Shown: piece after piece, positions 9,550 to 20,404 of the stretch | Layout of the letters: each line of letters opens with the position of its first letter | How positions within the stretch are numbered: the first letter of the stretch is position 1 | Assembly (NCBI GenBank): GCA_963774265.1 | Contig: CAVZDU010000008.1 | Span: 160,001 to 224,000 of the forward strand | Direction of reading: 5' to 3' | DNA: 64,000 nt | From: an uncultured Chloroflexia bacterium | Lineage (GTDB): Bacteria > Chloroflexota > Anaerolineae > CG2-30-64-16 | Notes under the pieces: generated by a model | The model's input: the letters and a program-made list of their open reading frames with translations, nothing else | What the model was told of the DNA's origin: nothing | The model's database searches: none | Position numbers and translations under genes: made by a program

Positions 9550-12252
9550 GTGAGCGGATATCGAAGGACCCACCGATGGATTCGTGCGGCGCTGCTGGCA
9601 GTCATCCTGTTGGCATCTGCGTTGCGACTCTGGCAATTGCCTGTGTTGCCGCCCGGTCTTTCGTGGGATGAGGCCATCAACGGCATAGACGCACGTATGG
9701 TGCTGAGTGGCGCGGGTCTGCCTCTGTATTTCACCGCCAACAACGGGCGTGAACCGCTCTTTATTTACCTCCAAACGCTATCAGTGGCGATCTTCGGGTC
9801 GACGCCGTACGCGCTGCGGCTCGTCTCGGCCTTCTTAGGTATTTTGACGATACCAGCCCTCTATTTCTGTGCTACCACGCTCCTACGACCTGTAAAGACC
9901 GATTCGCCGGAGGACGGCGCGGAACATCACCCCGGAATGTCCTCTCCAGAGGATTACAGGGATGAGGCCAGGCTTGCCGGATGGACTGCCTTGTTGACGG
10001 CAACAGGTCTCGCCATCTCCTACTGGCATCTGAGCCTGAGCCGGCTGGGGCTGCGGGCAGTGATGTTGCCATTGGTGAGCGCACTGGCCATTGCCTGGTT
10101 CTGGCGTGGCTGGACAAAGAACAGACGCCGGGACTATGCCCTGTCAGGCGCCTGGTTTGGGATAGCGCTGTACACGTACACCGCCGCGCGGTTTCTGCCA
10201 GTTGTCGCCCTTCTCTTTGTCCTGTGCGAGGCGATCCTGGATGCCTGGCGCGCCCGTCACCAGGCCACCGGAACCCGATCGGGATGGTGCCAGGTCTGGC
10301 AGCAGCGCCTGGTTGGGCTGGGATTGCAGGTCGGAATCTGCGTCGTCGTGGCCGCGCCGCTGGGGTTCGCAGCCTGGCGCGATCCTTATACCGTACTGGG
10401 GCGAGCCGCCCAGGTCTCTGTGTCTGGTGTGTCACAGGGCCAGGCGGAAGTCGCGCCTTCGTCACTAATTGAGAACCTGGTGCGCGTAGCCCGGAGTTTC
10501 TATGACCGAGGAGATCAGAACCTCCGGCACAACCTGCCGGGCCGCCCGGTCAACGACCCGTTGCTGGCGCTGCTTTTCACGTTGGGCTGGCTGACCGCTC
10601 TCCTTAAACTGAGGCAGGCGCCTCATCGCCTGCTTCTCATCTGGCTCGTTGTCATGCTCCTGCCTACCATTCTTGCCACCCCGGCGCCTCATAGTCTCCG
10701 GAGCGCTGGAGCTCTTCCTCCGCTGGCCCTGCTTTGTGCGGTCGGGGCACGCTCACTGCTCCGGTTGGTTTCTCAGGTATGGAATCGCTCAGGCAAGCGA
10801 CCTGGGGCCCTCCGGCGCCAGGGGGCGCCAATCCTGATCTTAGCCGTGGTCCTGATCAGCGGCTCTCTGACGGTGCGCGACTACTTCCTGCGCTGGGCCA
10901 GGTCGCCTGACCTTGGCCAGGCGTTTGACCTGCAAAGGCAGCTTGCCGCCGAGACAGCAAGCAAGCATCTGATGGAGGCCTCGGTCGGTGAGCCGCTCCT
11001 GTTGTCGGATGAGCTCTACACCCAGCCGCAGATGGTCTTCGTCCTTGGCGTGCCACCGGAGGTGGCGCTTCCCACATCTTGGGTGCCCGCCGGCCATCCC
11101 GCAGGAAGTCGTTTCCTGTTGGAGGATGGTTTCGATCCACGCCAGCCGATGTCCCTTCTTTGGCAGGAACTGTCGGGACCCGTTTTCGCGGCGCTTGAGC
11201 CATTGTCCGCGGAGGATGCGCAACAGCTGGGCCAGGCGACTGAGGCGCCCAGGTCCGAGATGATCCGAGCGCCGCTCCACCAGGACGGCTGGCCGAGACT
11301 CCTCGCCGGAGCGCTGCCCGAGAGTGTTCTCTTGCAGCCGCGCCGGATTCAGACATCGCTGAATGTACGGTTCGCCAACGGCATTCGCCTCGTGGGGTAT
11401 GAGGTGCAACCCGACTGGCAGGCTCCCGCCGCCGCGAAACACGATGTCCGGCTTACGCTGTTCTGGCGGTTGGACGAGGATGCGGATCGCCCGGCAGCCC
11501 AGGCGAGCTCGGCATTCGTCCATCTGGCAAACCAGGACGGAGTTTGGGCGGATGCGAACGGGGCAGTAAGAGGCAGGTATTTCTATTCCTGGCCTCGGCT
11601 ACAGCGAACGATAGAGGATTCACGTATCCTGCATCCCCCAGAAGACATGCCGAACGGCAAAGCGTTCTTTGAGGTAGGGCTATTTCGTACCGATCTCACA
11701 GGGTCTGATCTGAAGGTGCGCACGGATATTCTCGACGATCAGAGCCGAGTTGTTGGAGATCGCGTTGAGCTCGGTGCGATCATGATCGGCCAGCCACCGC
11801 CGAAGGCCGATCTGTCAGACCTGCAGCCAGCTTCGGCCCGATTCGACGACCGAATTGAGCTCGTGGGTTGGCGCGTGGACCGCGATCCTGCGCAACCGGA
11901 TGGGCAGATCGTGCGAGTAGATCTGGGTTGGCGGGCGCTAGCACGATCAACGACCGACTACACCGCGTTCGTTCACCTGGTGAGGGAGGATAATAACGAC
12001 CAGATCGTCGCGCAGCATGATGAGGCCCCAGGTGGCGTCGCAAATCCAACGACGCGGTGGGTACCCGGGGAAACCGTGCGCTTAACATTCGTGCTCCAGT
12101 TGCCGTCCGGAGTACCGCCGGATGCGCTGAGGCTGCGCGTTGGGATCTACGAGCCCGTTTCCGGGAAACGACTGATGGTGGCCTCCCCCGAGGAGGATGC
12201 TGCCGGCACGTCCGGCGGTACGTTCCTGGACCTGCCTCTCCATGGATCCTAG
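9550..12252 (+). CDS. GT-C fold glycosyltransferase (ArnT/PMT_2-like) with 2 C-terminal repeat domains
   Basis: PPGLSWDEA, NNGREPLF and HNLPGRP motifs, many TMs, C-terminal YTAFVHL..VAQHD..P.G..NPTTRWVPGE and GIYEP.SG.RL. Confidence 0.85.
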   Translation: MSGYRRTHRWIRAALLAVILLASALRLWQLPVLPPGLSWDEAINGIDARMVLSGAGLPLYFTANNGREPLFIYLQTLSVAIFGSTPYALRLVSAFLGILTIPALYFCATTLLRPVKTDSPEDGAEHHPGMSSPEDYRDEARLAGWTALLTATGLAISYWHLSLSRLGLRAVMLPLVSALAIAWFWRGWTKNRRRDYALSGAWFGIALYTYTAARFLPVVALLFVLCEAILDAWRARHQATGTRSGWCQVWQQRLVGLGLQVGICVVVAAPLGFAAWRDPYTVLGRAAQVSVSGVSQGQAEVAPSSLIENLVRVARSFYDRGDQNLRHNLPGRPVNDPLLALLFTLGWLTALLKLRQAPHRLLLIWLVVMLLPTILATPAPHSLRSAGALPPLALLCAVGARSLLRLVSQVWNRSGKRPGALRRQGAPILILAVVLISGSLTVRDYFLRWARSPDLGQAFDLQRQLAAETASKHLMEASVGEPLLLSDELYTQPQMVFVLGVPPEVALPTSWVPAGHPAGSRFLLEDGFDPRQPMSLLWQELSGPVFAALEPLSAEDAQQLGQATEAPRSEMIRAPLHQDGWPRLLAGALPESVLLQPRRIQTSLNVRFANGIRLVGYEVQPDWQAPAAAKHDVRLTLFWRLDEDADRPAAQASSAFVHLANQDGVWADANGAVRGRYFYSWPRLQRTIEDSRILHPPEDMPNGKAFFEVGLFRTDLTGSDLKVRTDILDDQSRVVGDRVELGAIMIGQPPPKADLSDLQPASARFDDRIELVGWRVDRDPAQPDGQIVRVDLGWRALARSTTDYTAFVHLVREDNNDQIVAQHDEAPGGVANPTTRWVPGETVRLTFVLQLPSGVPPDALRLRVGIYEPVSGKRLMVASPEEDAAGTSGGTFLDLPLHGS

Positions 12253-15200
12253 CGCGATCCGAAAGGATTCCGACAATGATTTGTCACGTAGCGCAAGGTG
12301 GCATCTTGCGCTACGTAAGTCCCTGCCGGCTTTGCTGACCCTTCCTGCGCTCTGGCCTCTGATCAGCGAAGGGTTACCGCGCGCACAGGATACCGTGATG
12401 CATCTGATGCGCCTGGGCGCTCTCGACTATCAGATACGACATGGCACGCTCTACCCTCGCTGGTTGCCGGGACTGATGCTCGGTCACGGCTATCCGCTGC
12501 TTAACTTCTACGGTCCGCTACCTTACTTCCTCGCAGAAGTGTTTCGACTGGCGGGATTCAGCTACACCCTGGCGTTTACTCTGACGCACACCATCTGGAT
12601 TCTTCTCGCTATCTACGGCATGTTCACCCTGGCCTCTGACGTGTTCGGTAAGTCACAATGGTATGCCGCTCTGGTGGCTGCGGTAGCATATGCCTATGCG
12701 CCATACTTGCTCACCAATATTTACATTCGGGGGGCGATCTCTGAGGCCGGCGCGCAAGCGGTCCTGCCTTGGGTCCTCTGGAGCGCCAGGCGACTGATGC
12801 GCGGTGAACAGACGACCCGCTATGTCATGCTCTTAGCGTTCAGCCTGGGCGCACTGGCCATAACTCACAACATCACCCTGCTGTTTGCGGCGCCCGCGGT
12901 GCTTGCGTACATGATCGTGCTTTGGTGGCAGGGCGGCTGCAGCCGTCAGAGGCTGCTTTGGGGCGCCATGGGGCTGTTGGCTGCCATGGGTGTCAGTGCA
13001 TTCTTCTGGCTTCCTGTTGTGGTCGAGCAAGCCTACCTTGACCAAAGCGCATATCGAGTTTCAACAGAGGTCTCGCTGCTCCGCAGCGCTTGGACCTGGG
13101 ATAGCTTCCTCGATACAGTCCCTGGCCTTCAAGTACAGCTCTACCACGCCATTTCGTCTTGGACTAATCCAGATTGCCCTGGCAACAACAGGCTTTATCC
13201 TGACGCCGGCTATGCCGTCTAGAGCCGGCATGGCCCGTCGCCAGAGTGCTGAGTGGTGGTTTTTCCTCATCGTGGCTCTGCTTGCAGGGCTGACCGCCAG
13301 CGCCTGGACCTTACCCGTTTGGCTGAACAGCAATCTGTTGCAGGTCGCCCAATTCCAGTGGCGGTTGTTGTCCGTCATGTCACTGCCGCTCGCGCTCTTC
13401 ACCGGCGGCATTGCCCTCCGCATCCCGTCTGCCCGCTGGCGTCTTGCGGAGAAACCACTTCACTTTGCCGTCGCTGCTGGACTGCTTGCGCTGATCATGT
13501 GCGCCAACCGGCCTGCATTCGATCAACTTCGTGTATTTTCGCCGGCCAACACCGAGCCTACCCAGTCCGTAATCGCACAACTGGAAGTGGAGAACAAGGT
13601 GTTCGGCGCCAGCGGCATTCAGGAGTTCAAGCCACGGTGGGCCGGAGATGTCACCAAGTTGGCGCCAATGCCAGAGGCGCCGGCCAGTGAAGCAGAACGC
13701 CTCCCTCAGGAAGTTGACCTGGTATTGTCCAGAGGGAATGCCTACGATCTCGAGGCCAGAGTCTCGGTCGCTGCCGGCGGTCCTTTGAGATTCAGCCAGT
13801 TCTACTTCCCCGGCTGGCGGGTAATTCTCGATCGCCGGACGGTGCTCCAAGCCTATCCCAGTACGAGCCTGGGCCTGCTCACCGTGGATCTCCCGCCCGG
13901 CGCCCACGAGCTGTCACTTTCGTGGAGCGGAACGGCGCTTCAACATGTGGCAGCGGGGACCACGCTGGTGACGCTGGCTGCCCTGGTCTGGGTATGGCGC
14001 CCTTGCAGGCGGCGTCGATGGTTCCTCCTGCCTCTGGGGCTATTTGGCCTGAGCGTCATACTGGGGGTGTGGCAACGCCCCCTGGCCCCGATCCAGGCGC
14101 CTCCCTCCGGGCAAGTCATAGAAGCAGATGGTGCAAGATTGTTAGGTTACCGGTGGGAGCGGGATGATCGTGACCATCTGTTCCTGTATCCGTACTGGTA
14201 TGTGTCGGCCGGCCCACCTGCATCGTTGCGCGCTCGCTGGCAACTTCAGGACGACACCGGCCGTGTTCTGGCTGATGTTACTTCCCAACCGTACTACAAT
14301 GCCGACACCGCCAGCAACTGGCCTCCACGTACGGTAGTGAGCGACGCCTACCAACTTCCCCTGCCACCGGGCCTGCCCGCCGGCACGTACCAGCTCGCCA
14401 TCGGGCTAGGGAGTTCCGAAGCTGTTGCCGGGGAGCAGACCGAGGAGGCGTTGGCCGCTCCGCTGACGCCGGTGGGCACACTCACGCTTGCTGTGCCCGT
14501 GCCTGACGAGGCGACTCCGGATCACCCGCTAGACGTTTATGTGGGCGACGCTGTCCGCCTGGCCGGATTTGATGTCTCCCCGGCCGGGACGACAGTGAAG
14601 GCCGGCCAGGATCTGGACTTCACCCTGTACTGGCAGGCTTTGCAGCCGGTTGCCACGAACTACCACGGTTTCGTCCATCTTGTGGATGCCCGCGGTCGCC
14701 CCTTGACGCAACTTGACCAACTTCCCGGGCCATCCTTCCGGCCGCCGATGCTCTGGGCGGGTGATCGCCTGGAACCAGATGCGTACCACTTGCGCATACC
14801 CGAGGACGCCCCCAGTGGATTGTACTGGCCGATGGCCGGCCTGTATGATTATGCAACGTCGAAGCGACTTCTGGTGCGTGACTCGGGCGGACAAAACCTG
14901 GGCGATGCCGTGCGTCTGCCGCCCACCAAAGTCCTTGGTCGCGCGCACGGCGCTCCCAAGTATCGAGTCCAGGCGCGGTTTGATGATCTGGCAGCGCTTC
15001 TGGGCTACGATTTGAATATCGCCTCACCGGGACTGCGAGCAGGCCAGTCTTTCACTCTGACCCTATACTACAAGTGCCAAACGACCACATCGGCGGATCT
15101 GACACGTTTTGTCCACCTTTACGGTCCTGCGGGTAGCATGGCCGCCCAGAATGACAGTATGCCCGCAGATGGTGCGAATCCGACTTGGAGTTGGGTGCCG

Positions 15201-15389
15201 GGCGAAGTGATCGTAGAGGAAATATCCTTGACGACAGCCAGTGACGCACGTCCAGGTGTCTACTCGCTGAGCATCGGTTTCTACAATGCCCAGGCTGGAG
15301 GACAGGCGCCACGCCTGCCCGTCTTCGATGCGCATGGGCAGCCGTTGCCAGACAGCCAGGTGATCCTGACTGAGGTTGAAATAAAGTAA
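12242..15389 (+). CDS. GT-C-like membrane protein (PTPS-related/YfhO-like) with 3 repeat domains; one frameshift near 13115
   Basis: ORFs 12197-13222 and 12990-15389 join at WTWDSFLD|QSLAFKYS, matching WTWHNFLDRRLVF of the paralog at 4738-7845. ATG 12242 overlaps the end of the upstream gene. Confidence 0.8.
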
Positions 15390-15460
15390 GGCGCGGTCGG
15401 GCCTTACATTTGACCCACCTTCGCGCCAGTGGTATCCTGCTGACCCATCGATAGAAGCCC

Positions 15461-18316
15461 TTGCCCGGCCACATCACGAGCCACTGCATAGAGGAGACGG
15501 CCGAAATCGTCAGTGATTACCATCGGCCCCGTCAATTTCTAAGCCACCGGGGCCGGCAGGACTTGGTCATCCTGTTGGGCCTGGTGCTGCTGGCCACCTC
15601 GCTGCGCGTCTATCACCTGGACTTCCAGAGCCTCTGGAGCGACGAGGGGATCAGCCTGCTTCGCGCCAGTTTGCCGCTGGGGGAAATGCTGCAGACGATG
15701 CCGGTGGAGCACGCGCCGGGTTACTTCCTCCTTCTGGGATTCTGGCTCCGGCTGACCGGCACGAGTGACTTCGCCCTGCGTCTTCTCTCCCTTTGGCCGA
15801 GCGTGTTGGCAGTCGCTATGGTCTATCGATTGGCAGCGGACATGGGTTCCAGGCGCGCGGGTCTCGTGGCCGCTCTCCTGCTCGCAATTAATCCCTTCCA
15901 GGTCTGGTATGCGCAAGAAGCGCGTATGTATAGCTGGCTGCTGGCCACTGCCCTGGGATCCACATGCCTGTTGTGGAGGCTTCTCGCAGATCGGCGTTCT
16001 GGCTTAGCCGAAGAAGTCGGGCGGAGGGGCTCTCGTTGGTGGCCGATCGGGTTGGGCTACACCGTCCTCACCTCGGCAGCTATTTACCTCCACTACTACG
16101 GCTTCCTCGTGCCCCTGGCACAGACGATCTACGCCCTGGTCTGGCTGTGGTGGACCCGCGATCGGCGCCGATTTATGCGCTGGGTCATGGCAGGGGCCGG
16201 TGTTATCTTGCTGTACCTCCCCTGGCTGCCGCGCCTTCTCGGCATATTCGGCTTCAGCGGCTGGCGGCCACCGGTGGATCCCTGGCAGCTCCCCTGGCGT
16301 TATCTGACGGCCTACACAGTCGGTGATGCCATGCCTGCCCCCTGGCGCGAGTGGCTGCCGTGGCTCTACCTGGCGCTTGCGCTCATCGGGCTCTGGGGCT
16401 GGTGGCGACACGATCGCGGGGCTGCCTTGTTGCTGGCGCTGAGCACCGCTGTCCCGATGGCGGCGGCTCTGGCCCTGGCCCTGCGTCAGCCCGACTTTCA
16501 TGAGCGCTATACCATTTTCGTGAGCGCCCCGTTGCTCGTTCTCGTCGCCGGCAGTACACTGATCGGACGCCCCAGCCTGTCTTCTCGTCGCCCCGTCCCG
16601 GCATCCCTCCTGGTCCGCAGTCTGGTGCTGGCTGGCCTGGTGGCTGCCAACGGGCTGGCACTATATCGCCACTATACAGACACCTCGTTACACAAGCCGG
16701 ACTTTCGCTCTGCGGCAGTGCGTATCCAGCAATGGGAGCAGCCGGGAGACGTTATCCTGGTCGATGGGCCAGATCCACAGAAGGTATTCCTTCACTATTA
16801 TCACGGTTCGGCGCCGGTGCATGATCTGCGGACGTTGGAAGGCGCCGACGAGCACCAGGTGGATGTGGCCCTGACCGAGGCTACGGCTGGTCGTGAACGC
16901 GCCTGGGGTCTACGCTATTTCCACGATCCGGGTCCTGTGCAGGCCTGGCTGGCTCGTCACGCCTGGCCGACTCGCGCCTCTGGACACAATGGCATCGTTG
17001 TGACCCTTTACGACCTGCTGGACGGGCAGGGGTCTACGCAGCCAGCTAACGTGGCTTTCGGCGCTGAATTGACGTTGTCCGAGGCAACGATCACCGGGGG
17101 CGCCAAGGCCGGGGATACAATCTCAGCGCGCGCTGGCGATCTCTTGGGAGTAACCAGTGTGTGGCAGGTGCATTCAGCCCCGCCCCCGCACAAGTTCAGC
17201 TTGCGGCTTCAGGACGACGCGGGCCGCATCTGGCTGGCCGACGACTACATACCCCAGGACGGCTTCGCGCCGACAGAGCGCTGGCTGCCAGACCAATCGG
17301 CGGTCGACCAGCGCGGTGTGCCGCTTCCGCCTGACTTGCCTCCCGGCAGATACCGACTCACCCTGCGTCTGTACGACGCGGCGACGGGCGTCCCTGTTGA
17401 GACCGCTGCTGGCCCCGATGTGACGCTGGCGGCCCTCGACATAGGGCCCGCCCCAGTTGCACCTGACCCCCTCTTGCTGCCGATGAGTGTCAGGATTGAT
17501 GCGCCCTTGGGGGATGAACTGCGTCTTCTCGGTCTGGACGTGACACCGCAACCTTTACGGGTCGGACATGAGAGTGCGTTGTCGTTGTGGTGGCGCGTCG
17601 AGGACAAGCCCGCAGGACCGAAGCAGCTTCGGATACGGCTGCTAGATCGTCGCGGTGATCCTGTATTCAAGGGGTTGCAGCCTCTTAGCCTCCTGTCGCC
17701 GGACGGCCCGAACTGGGAACCGGGTCAGATCGTTCGCGAACGCTACCGGCTGGAAGTGGCTCCAACCGCGGCCAGCGGGCGCTATCGCCTGGAGCTGGCC
17801 CTGTCCGACTTGACCGGTGACGCACTCTTCGGTGAGCCGCAAATCGTGGCGATCATGCCGGTCGAGGCACGCCCGCGCAATTATCGCCTGCCTCAAATAG
17901 CTCACGACCTGGACGTGCGGCTCGGCGACGCAGTGATGCTCCGAGGTTATGATTTGACCCCATCCGAAGGATCAGGACGGACCCTGCGTCTCACCCTCTA
18001 CTGGCAGGCGATAGGACGAGTGGGCGGGCACTACAAGGCGTTTGTCCACGTGCTGGATGAGGAAGGGCGCATCGTGGCCCAATCTGACGCGGTTCCGGCA
18101 GGCGGTGAGGCCCCGACCGAGACTTGGCTGCAGAATGAGGTCGTAATCGATCAGCACCTGCTACAAGTGGCCAGGGACGGGCGCTGCCGGCTGTTCGTCG
18201 GCATGTATGATCCTGTAAGCGGTCAACGCCTGCCCGCTACCGACGGAGATGGTCATCCGATCCCCGACAACGCCGCCCTGATCGAGGAAGTGCTGATACC
18301 GCTGATGGGGTCTTGA
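15461..18316 (+). CDS. GT-C fold glycosyltransferase (GT39/PMT_2-like) with 3 C-terminal repeat domains
   Basis: QSLWSDEG, EHAPGYF, YAQEARMY, HYYG, FHERY and KPDFR motifs; repeat domains at the C-terminus. Start uncertain. Confidence 0.85.
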   Translation: MPGHITSHCIEETAEIVSDYHRPRQFLSHRGRQDLVILLGLVLLATSLRVYHLDFQSLWSDEGISLLRASLPLGEMLQTMPVEHAPGYFLLLGFWLRLTGTSDFALRLLSLWPSVLAVAMVYRLAADMGSRRAGLVAALLLAINPFQVWYAQEARMYSWLLATALGSTCLLWRLLADRRSGLAEEVGRRGSRWWPIGLGYTVLTSAAIYLHYYGFLVPLAQTIYALVWLWWTRDRRRFMRWVMAGAGVILLYLPWLPRLLGIFGFSGWRPPVDPWQLPWRYLTAYTVGDAMPAPWREWLPWLYLALALIGLWGWWRHDRGAALLLALSTAVPMAAALALALRQPDFHERYTIFVSAPLLVLVAGSTLIGRPSLSSRRPVPASLLVRSLVLAGLVAANGLALYRHYTDTSLHKPDFRSAAVRIQQWEQPGDVILVDGPDPQKVFLHYYHGSAPVHDLRTLEGADEHQVDVALTEATAGRERAWGLRYFHDPGPVQAWLARHAWPTRASGHNGIVVTLYDLLDGQGSTQPANVAFGAELTLSEATITGGAKAGDTISARAGDLLGVTSVWQVHSAPPPHKFSLRLQDDAGRIWLADDYIPQDGFAPTERWLPDQSAVDQRGVPLPPDLPPGRYRLTLRLYDAATGVPVETAAGPDVTLAALDIGPAPVAPDPLLLPMSVRIDAPLGDELRLLGLDVTPQPLRVGHESALSLWWRVEDKPAGPKQLRIRLLDRRGDPVFKGLQPLSLLSPDGPNWEPGQIVRERYRLEVAPTAASGRYRLELALSDLTGDALFGEPQIVAIMPVEARPRNYRLPQIAHDLDVRLGDAVMLRGYDLTPSEGSGRTLRLTLYWQAIGRVGGHYKAFVHVLDEEGRIVAQSDAVPAGGEAPTETWLQNEVVIDQHLLQVARDGRCRLFVGMYDPVSGQRLPATDGDGHPIPDNAALIEEVLIPLMGS

Positions 18317-18326
18317 CCTACCTGCT

Positions 18327-20399
18327 ATGAAAACATTGCGTTTCTGGTGCTCGAAGCCGTGGCTGCATGTTGTCGTCATTCTGCTGGTTGCCGGCTTGTT
18401 CCGGCTCTGGCAGATCGGCAGCATCCCGCCCGGCCTGTTCGGGGATGAAGCGACGGACGGCCTGGATGCCCTCGACGTGCTGGCTGGTCGCGGGGCGGTC
18501 TTCTTCCCGGCGAATTTCGGCCGCGAAGGTCTGCACATGTGGATCATCGCCTGCATGTTCCGCCTTCTGGGGGTTGTGCCGCTCGCCCTGCGCCTCCCGT
18601 CGGCGGTCGCCGGAATCCTGACCGCCCTGGCCACCTATTGGTTGGGCCGGGAGTTGCTCGCTGCATGGTCGCATGGCACCCGAGAGCGCGACGGGTCCAC
18701 GCCGCCGTGGCCCTGGTCGTTCCTGCCGCTCTTCGCGGCCCTTTACATCGCCACCTCCTACTGGCATGTTCACTTCTCCCGCTTCGGCATCCGCGGAGTT
18801 TTCACGCCGTTCCTGAGTGCGCTGGCATTCGCCGCCTTCTGGCGTGCGGTCAACCGCCATTCGTACGCCTGGTTTGCCGTGAGCGGCGCCTGCTTGGGTC
18901 TCGCGTTGCACTTCTACACAGCAAGCCGCTTCTTTCCTCTTTTCCTCGGCGGGTTCCTCCTGCTGCAAGGATTGGTCGCGCTGATTTCGAGACGGGGGAA
19001 GCAGGCCATCCTGGCCCAGCATTTTCGTGGAGTCGCGCTGCTGTTCGCCGTTGCGGTAGTGATGTTTGCGCCGTTGGGCATCTACTTCCTGCAGCATCCA
19101 GGTGCGTTTACCCAGCGTGCAGGCGTCGTAACGGCCTTCGGCGAGGAGAGCCCACTGCTTCTCATGGGGCGCGCGGCCGTGGCGAATGTGCTCCAGTTTT
19201 TCGTGCCGGGACACGGGGATGTGGAGCAATTCTACAACCTGCCGGGACGCGTGGTCTTCGATCCCCTGACAGCCGTCCTGGCGCTCCTCGGACTGGGACT
19301 ATTGGCGTGGCGCTGGCGCCAAGACAGCGCTCTGTTTCTGTTGTTGTGGTTTCCGGCCCTGCTGCTGCCCTCGTTCCTGGCCACAGACCGCTGGCCCACC
19401 CTGCCGCGCGTGCTCGGGACCATCCCCGGCATTTACTTCTTTCCGGCAATCGGCCTGATCGCAGTCGCGGTGCTCCTGCAGCGATTGGGTCGATGCACCA
19501 GAGCGCAACTCGGGCCCGCGGCCGAGATCGTTGCCGTGGCCATGCTCATCCTTGCGCCCGGCATCCACGCTGTATGCACCTATCGCGACTATTTTCTGAT
19601 CTGGGGACCGTCAGTGCAGACTTTCGATGCCTTCGAAGGTGACATGACTGCCGCCTGGCGCTGGCTCGAAGATCACCCGCCTGCCGGGCACGTCTTTCTC
19701 TCCTCCGACATTTACCGGCATCCGACGTTCATGCTGCTCCACGAACGGGCGAGCGTACAAACTTTCTGGCAACACGCGAACCCGGATCTGAGTTGGTTTG
19801 ATGCCCGGCAGGTGTTGCCCTTGCCTGCGCCCGGCGAACAGGCCACTTATCTCATCGCCGCTTCTTCGCCTCCGTCGGCTGAAAGCTCGGCGCTCCTCCG
19901 ACGATACGGTCAGGAAGTGGATCAGGTGTCCGCACCCGACGGCAGCCCGGCCCTGACGGTCTTCAAGGTGAGCGACACATCCGACATGGCGCTGCTGCCC
20001 GAGAACGCGGTCCCGTCGATACGATTCACCGATAACCTGACGCTGGCGGACGCGACCATCGTCAGGACAGACACAGGGGCTTATGATCTCTGGCTGAGCT
20101 GGCAAACGCTGGGGCCAGACTCTTCGGGCTGGCCCGCCTATCGGTTAGAGATCAGGTCGGGAAGCCCCGAGGGCGAAGCCACCAGTGGTTGGCAGGAAAC
20201 AGTCCCCTTTGACGCGTTCCGGCCACCCGAGTGGGTGGCCGGCGGGATGTTTCTATCTTGGCATCAATTGAAGGGGTTGACCGGAACGCCGCCCAGCAGT
20301 CTCAGCCTGCGCCTGATCAACCTGCAGGATGGTGAGCCTGTGGCCAGCACGAACACATCTGACGGCTGGCAGACGATCCAGCTCACCGAGACGCCTTAA
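18327..20399 (+). CDS. GT-C fold glycosyltransferase (ArnT/PMT_2-like) with one divergent C-terminal domain
   Basis: PPGLFGDEA, NFGREG, HFSRFGIR and YNLPGRVVFD motifs shared with the genes at 1846 and 9550. Confidence 0.85.
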   Translation: MKTLRFWCSKPWLHVVVILLVAGLFRLWQIGSIPPGLFGDEATDGLDALDVLAGRGAVFFPANFGREGLHMWIIACMFRLLGVVPLALRLPSAVAGILTALATYWLGRELLAAWSHGTRERDGSTPPWPWSFLPLFAALYIATSYWHVHFSRFGIRGVFTPFLSALAFAAFWRAVNRHSYAWFAVSGACLGLALHFYTASRFFPLFLGGFLLLQGLVALISRRGKQAILAQHFRGVALLFAVAVVMFAPLGIYFLQHPGAFTQRAGVVTAFGEESPLLLMGRAAVANVLQFFVPGHGDVEQFYNLPGRVVFDPLTAVLALLGLGLLAWRWRQDSALFLLLWFPALLLPSFLATDRWPTLPRVLGTIPGIYFFPAIGLIAVAVLLQRLGRCTRAQLGPAAEIVAVAMLILAPGIHAVCTYRDYFLIWGPSVQTFDAFEGDMTAAWRWLEDHPPAGHVFLSSDIYRHPTFMLLHERASVQTFWQHANPDLSWFDARQVLPLPAPGEQATYLIAASSPPSAESSALLRRYGQEVDQVSAPDGSPALTVFKVSDTSDMALLPENAVPSIRFTDNLTLADATIVRTDTGAYDLWLSWQTLGPDSSGWPAYRLEIRSGSPEGEATSGWQETVPFDAFRPPEWVAGGMFLSWHQLKGLTGTPPSSLSLRLINLQDGEPVASTNTSDGWQTIQLTETP

Positions 20400-20404
20400 G
20401 GTGT

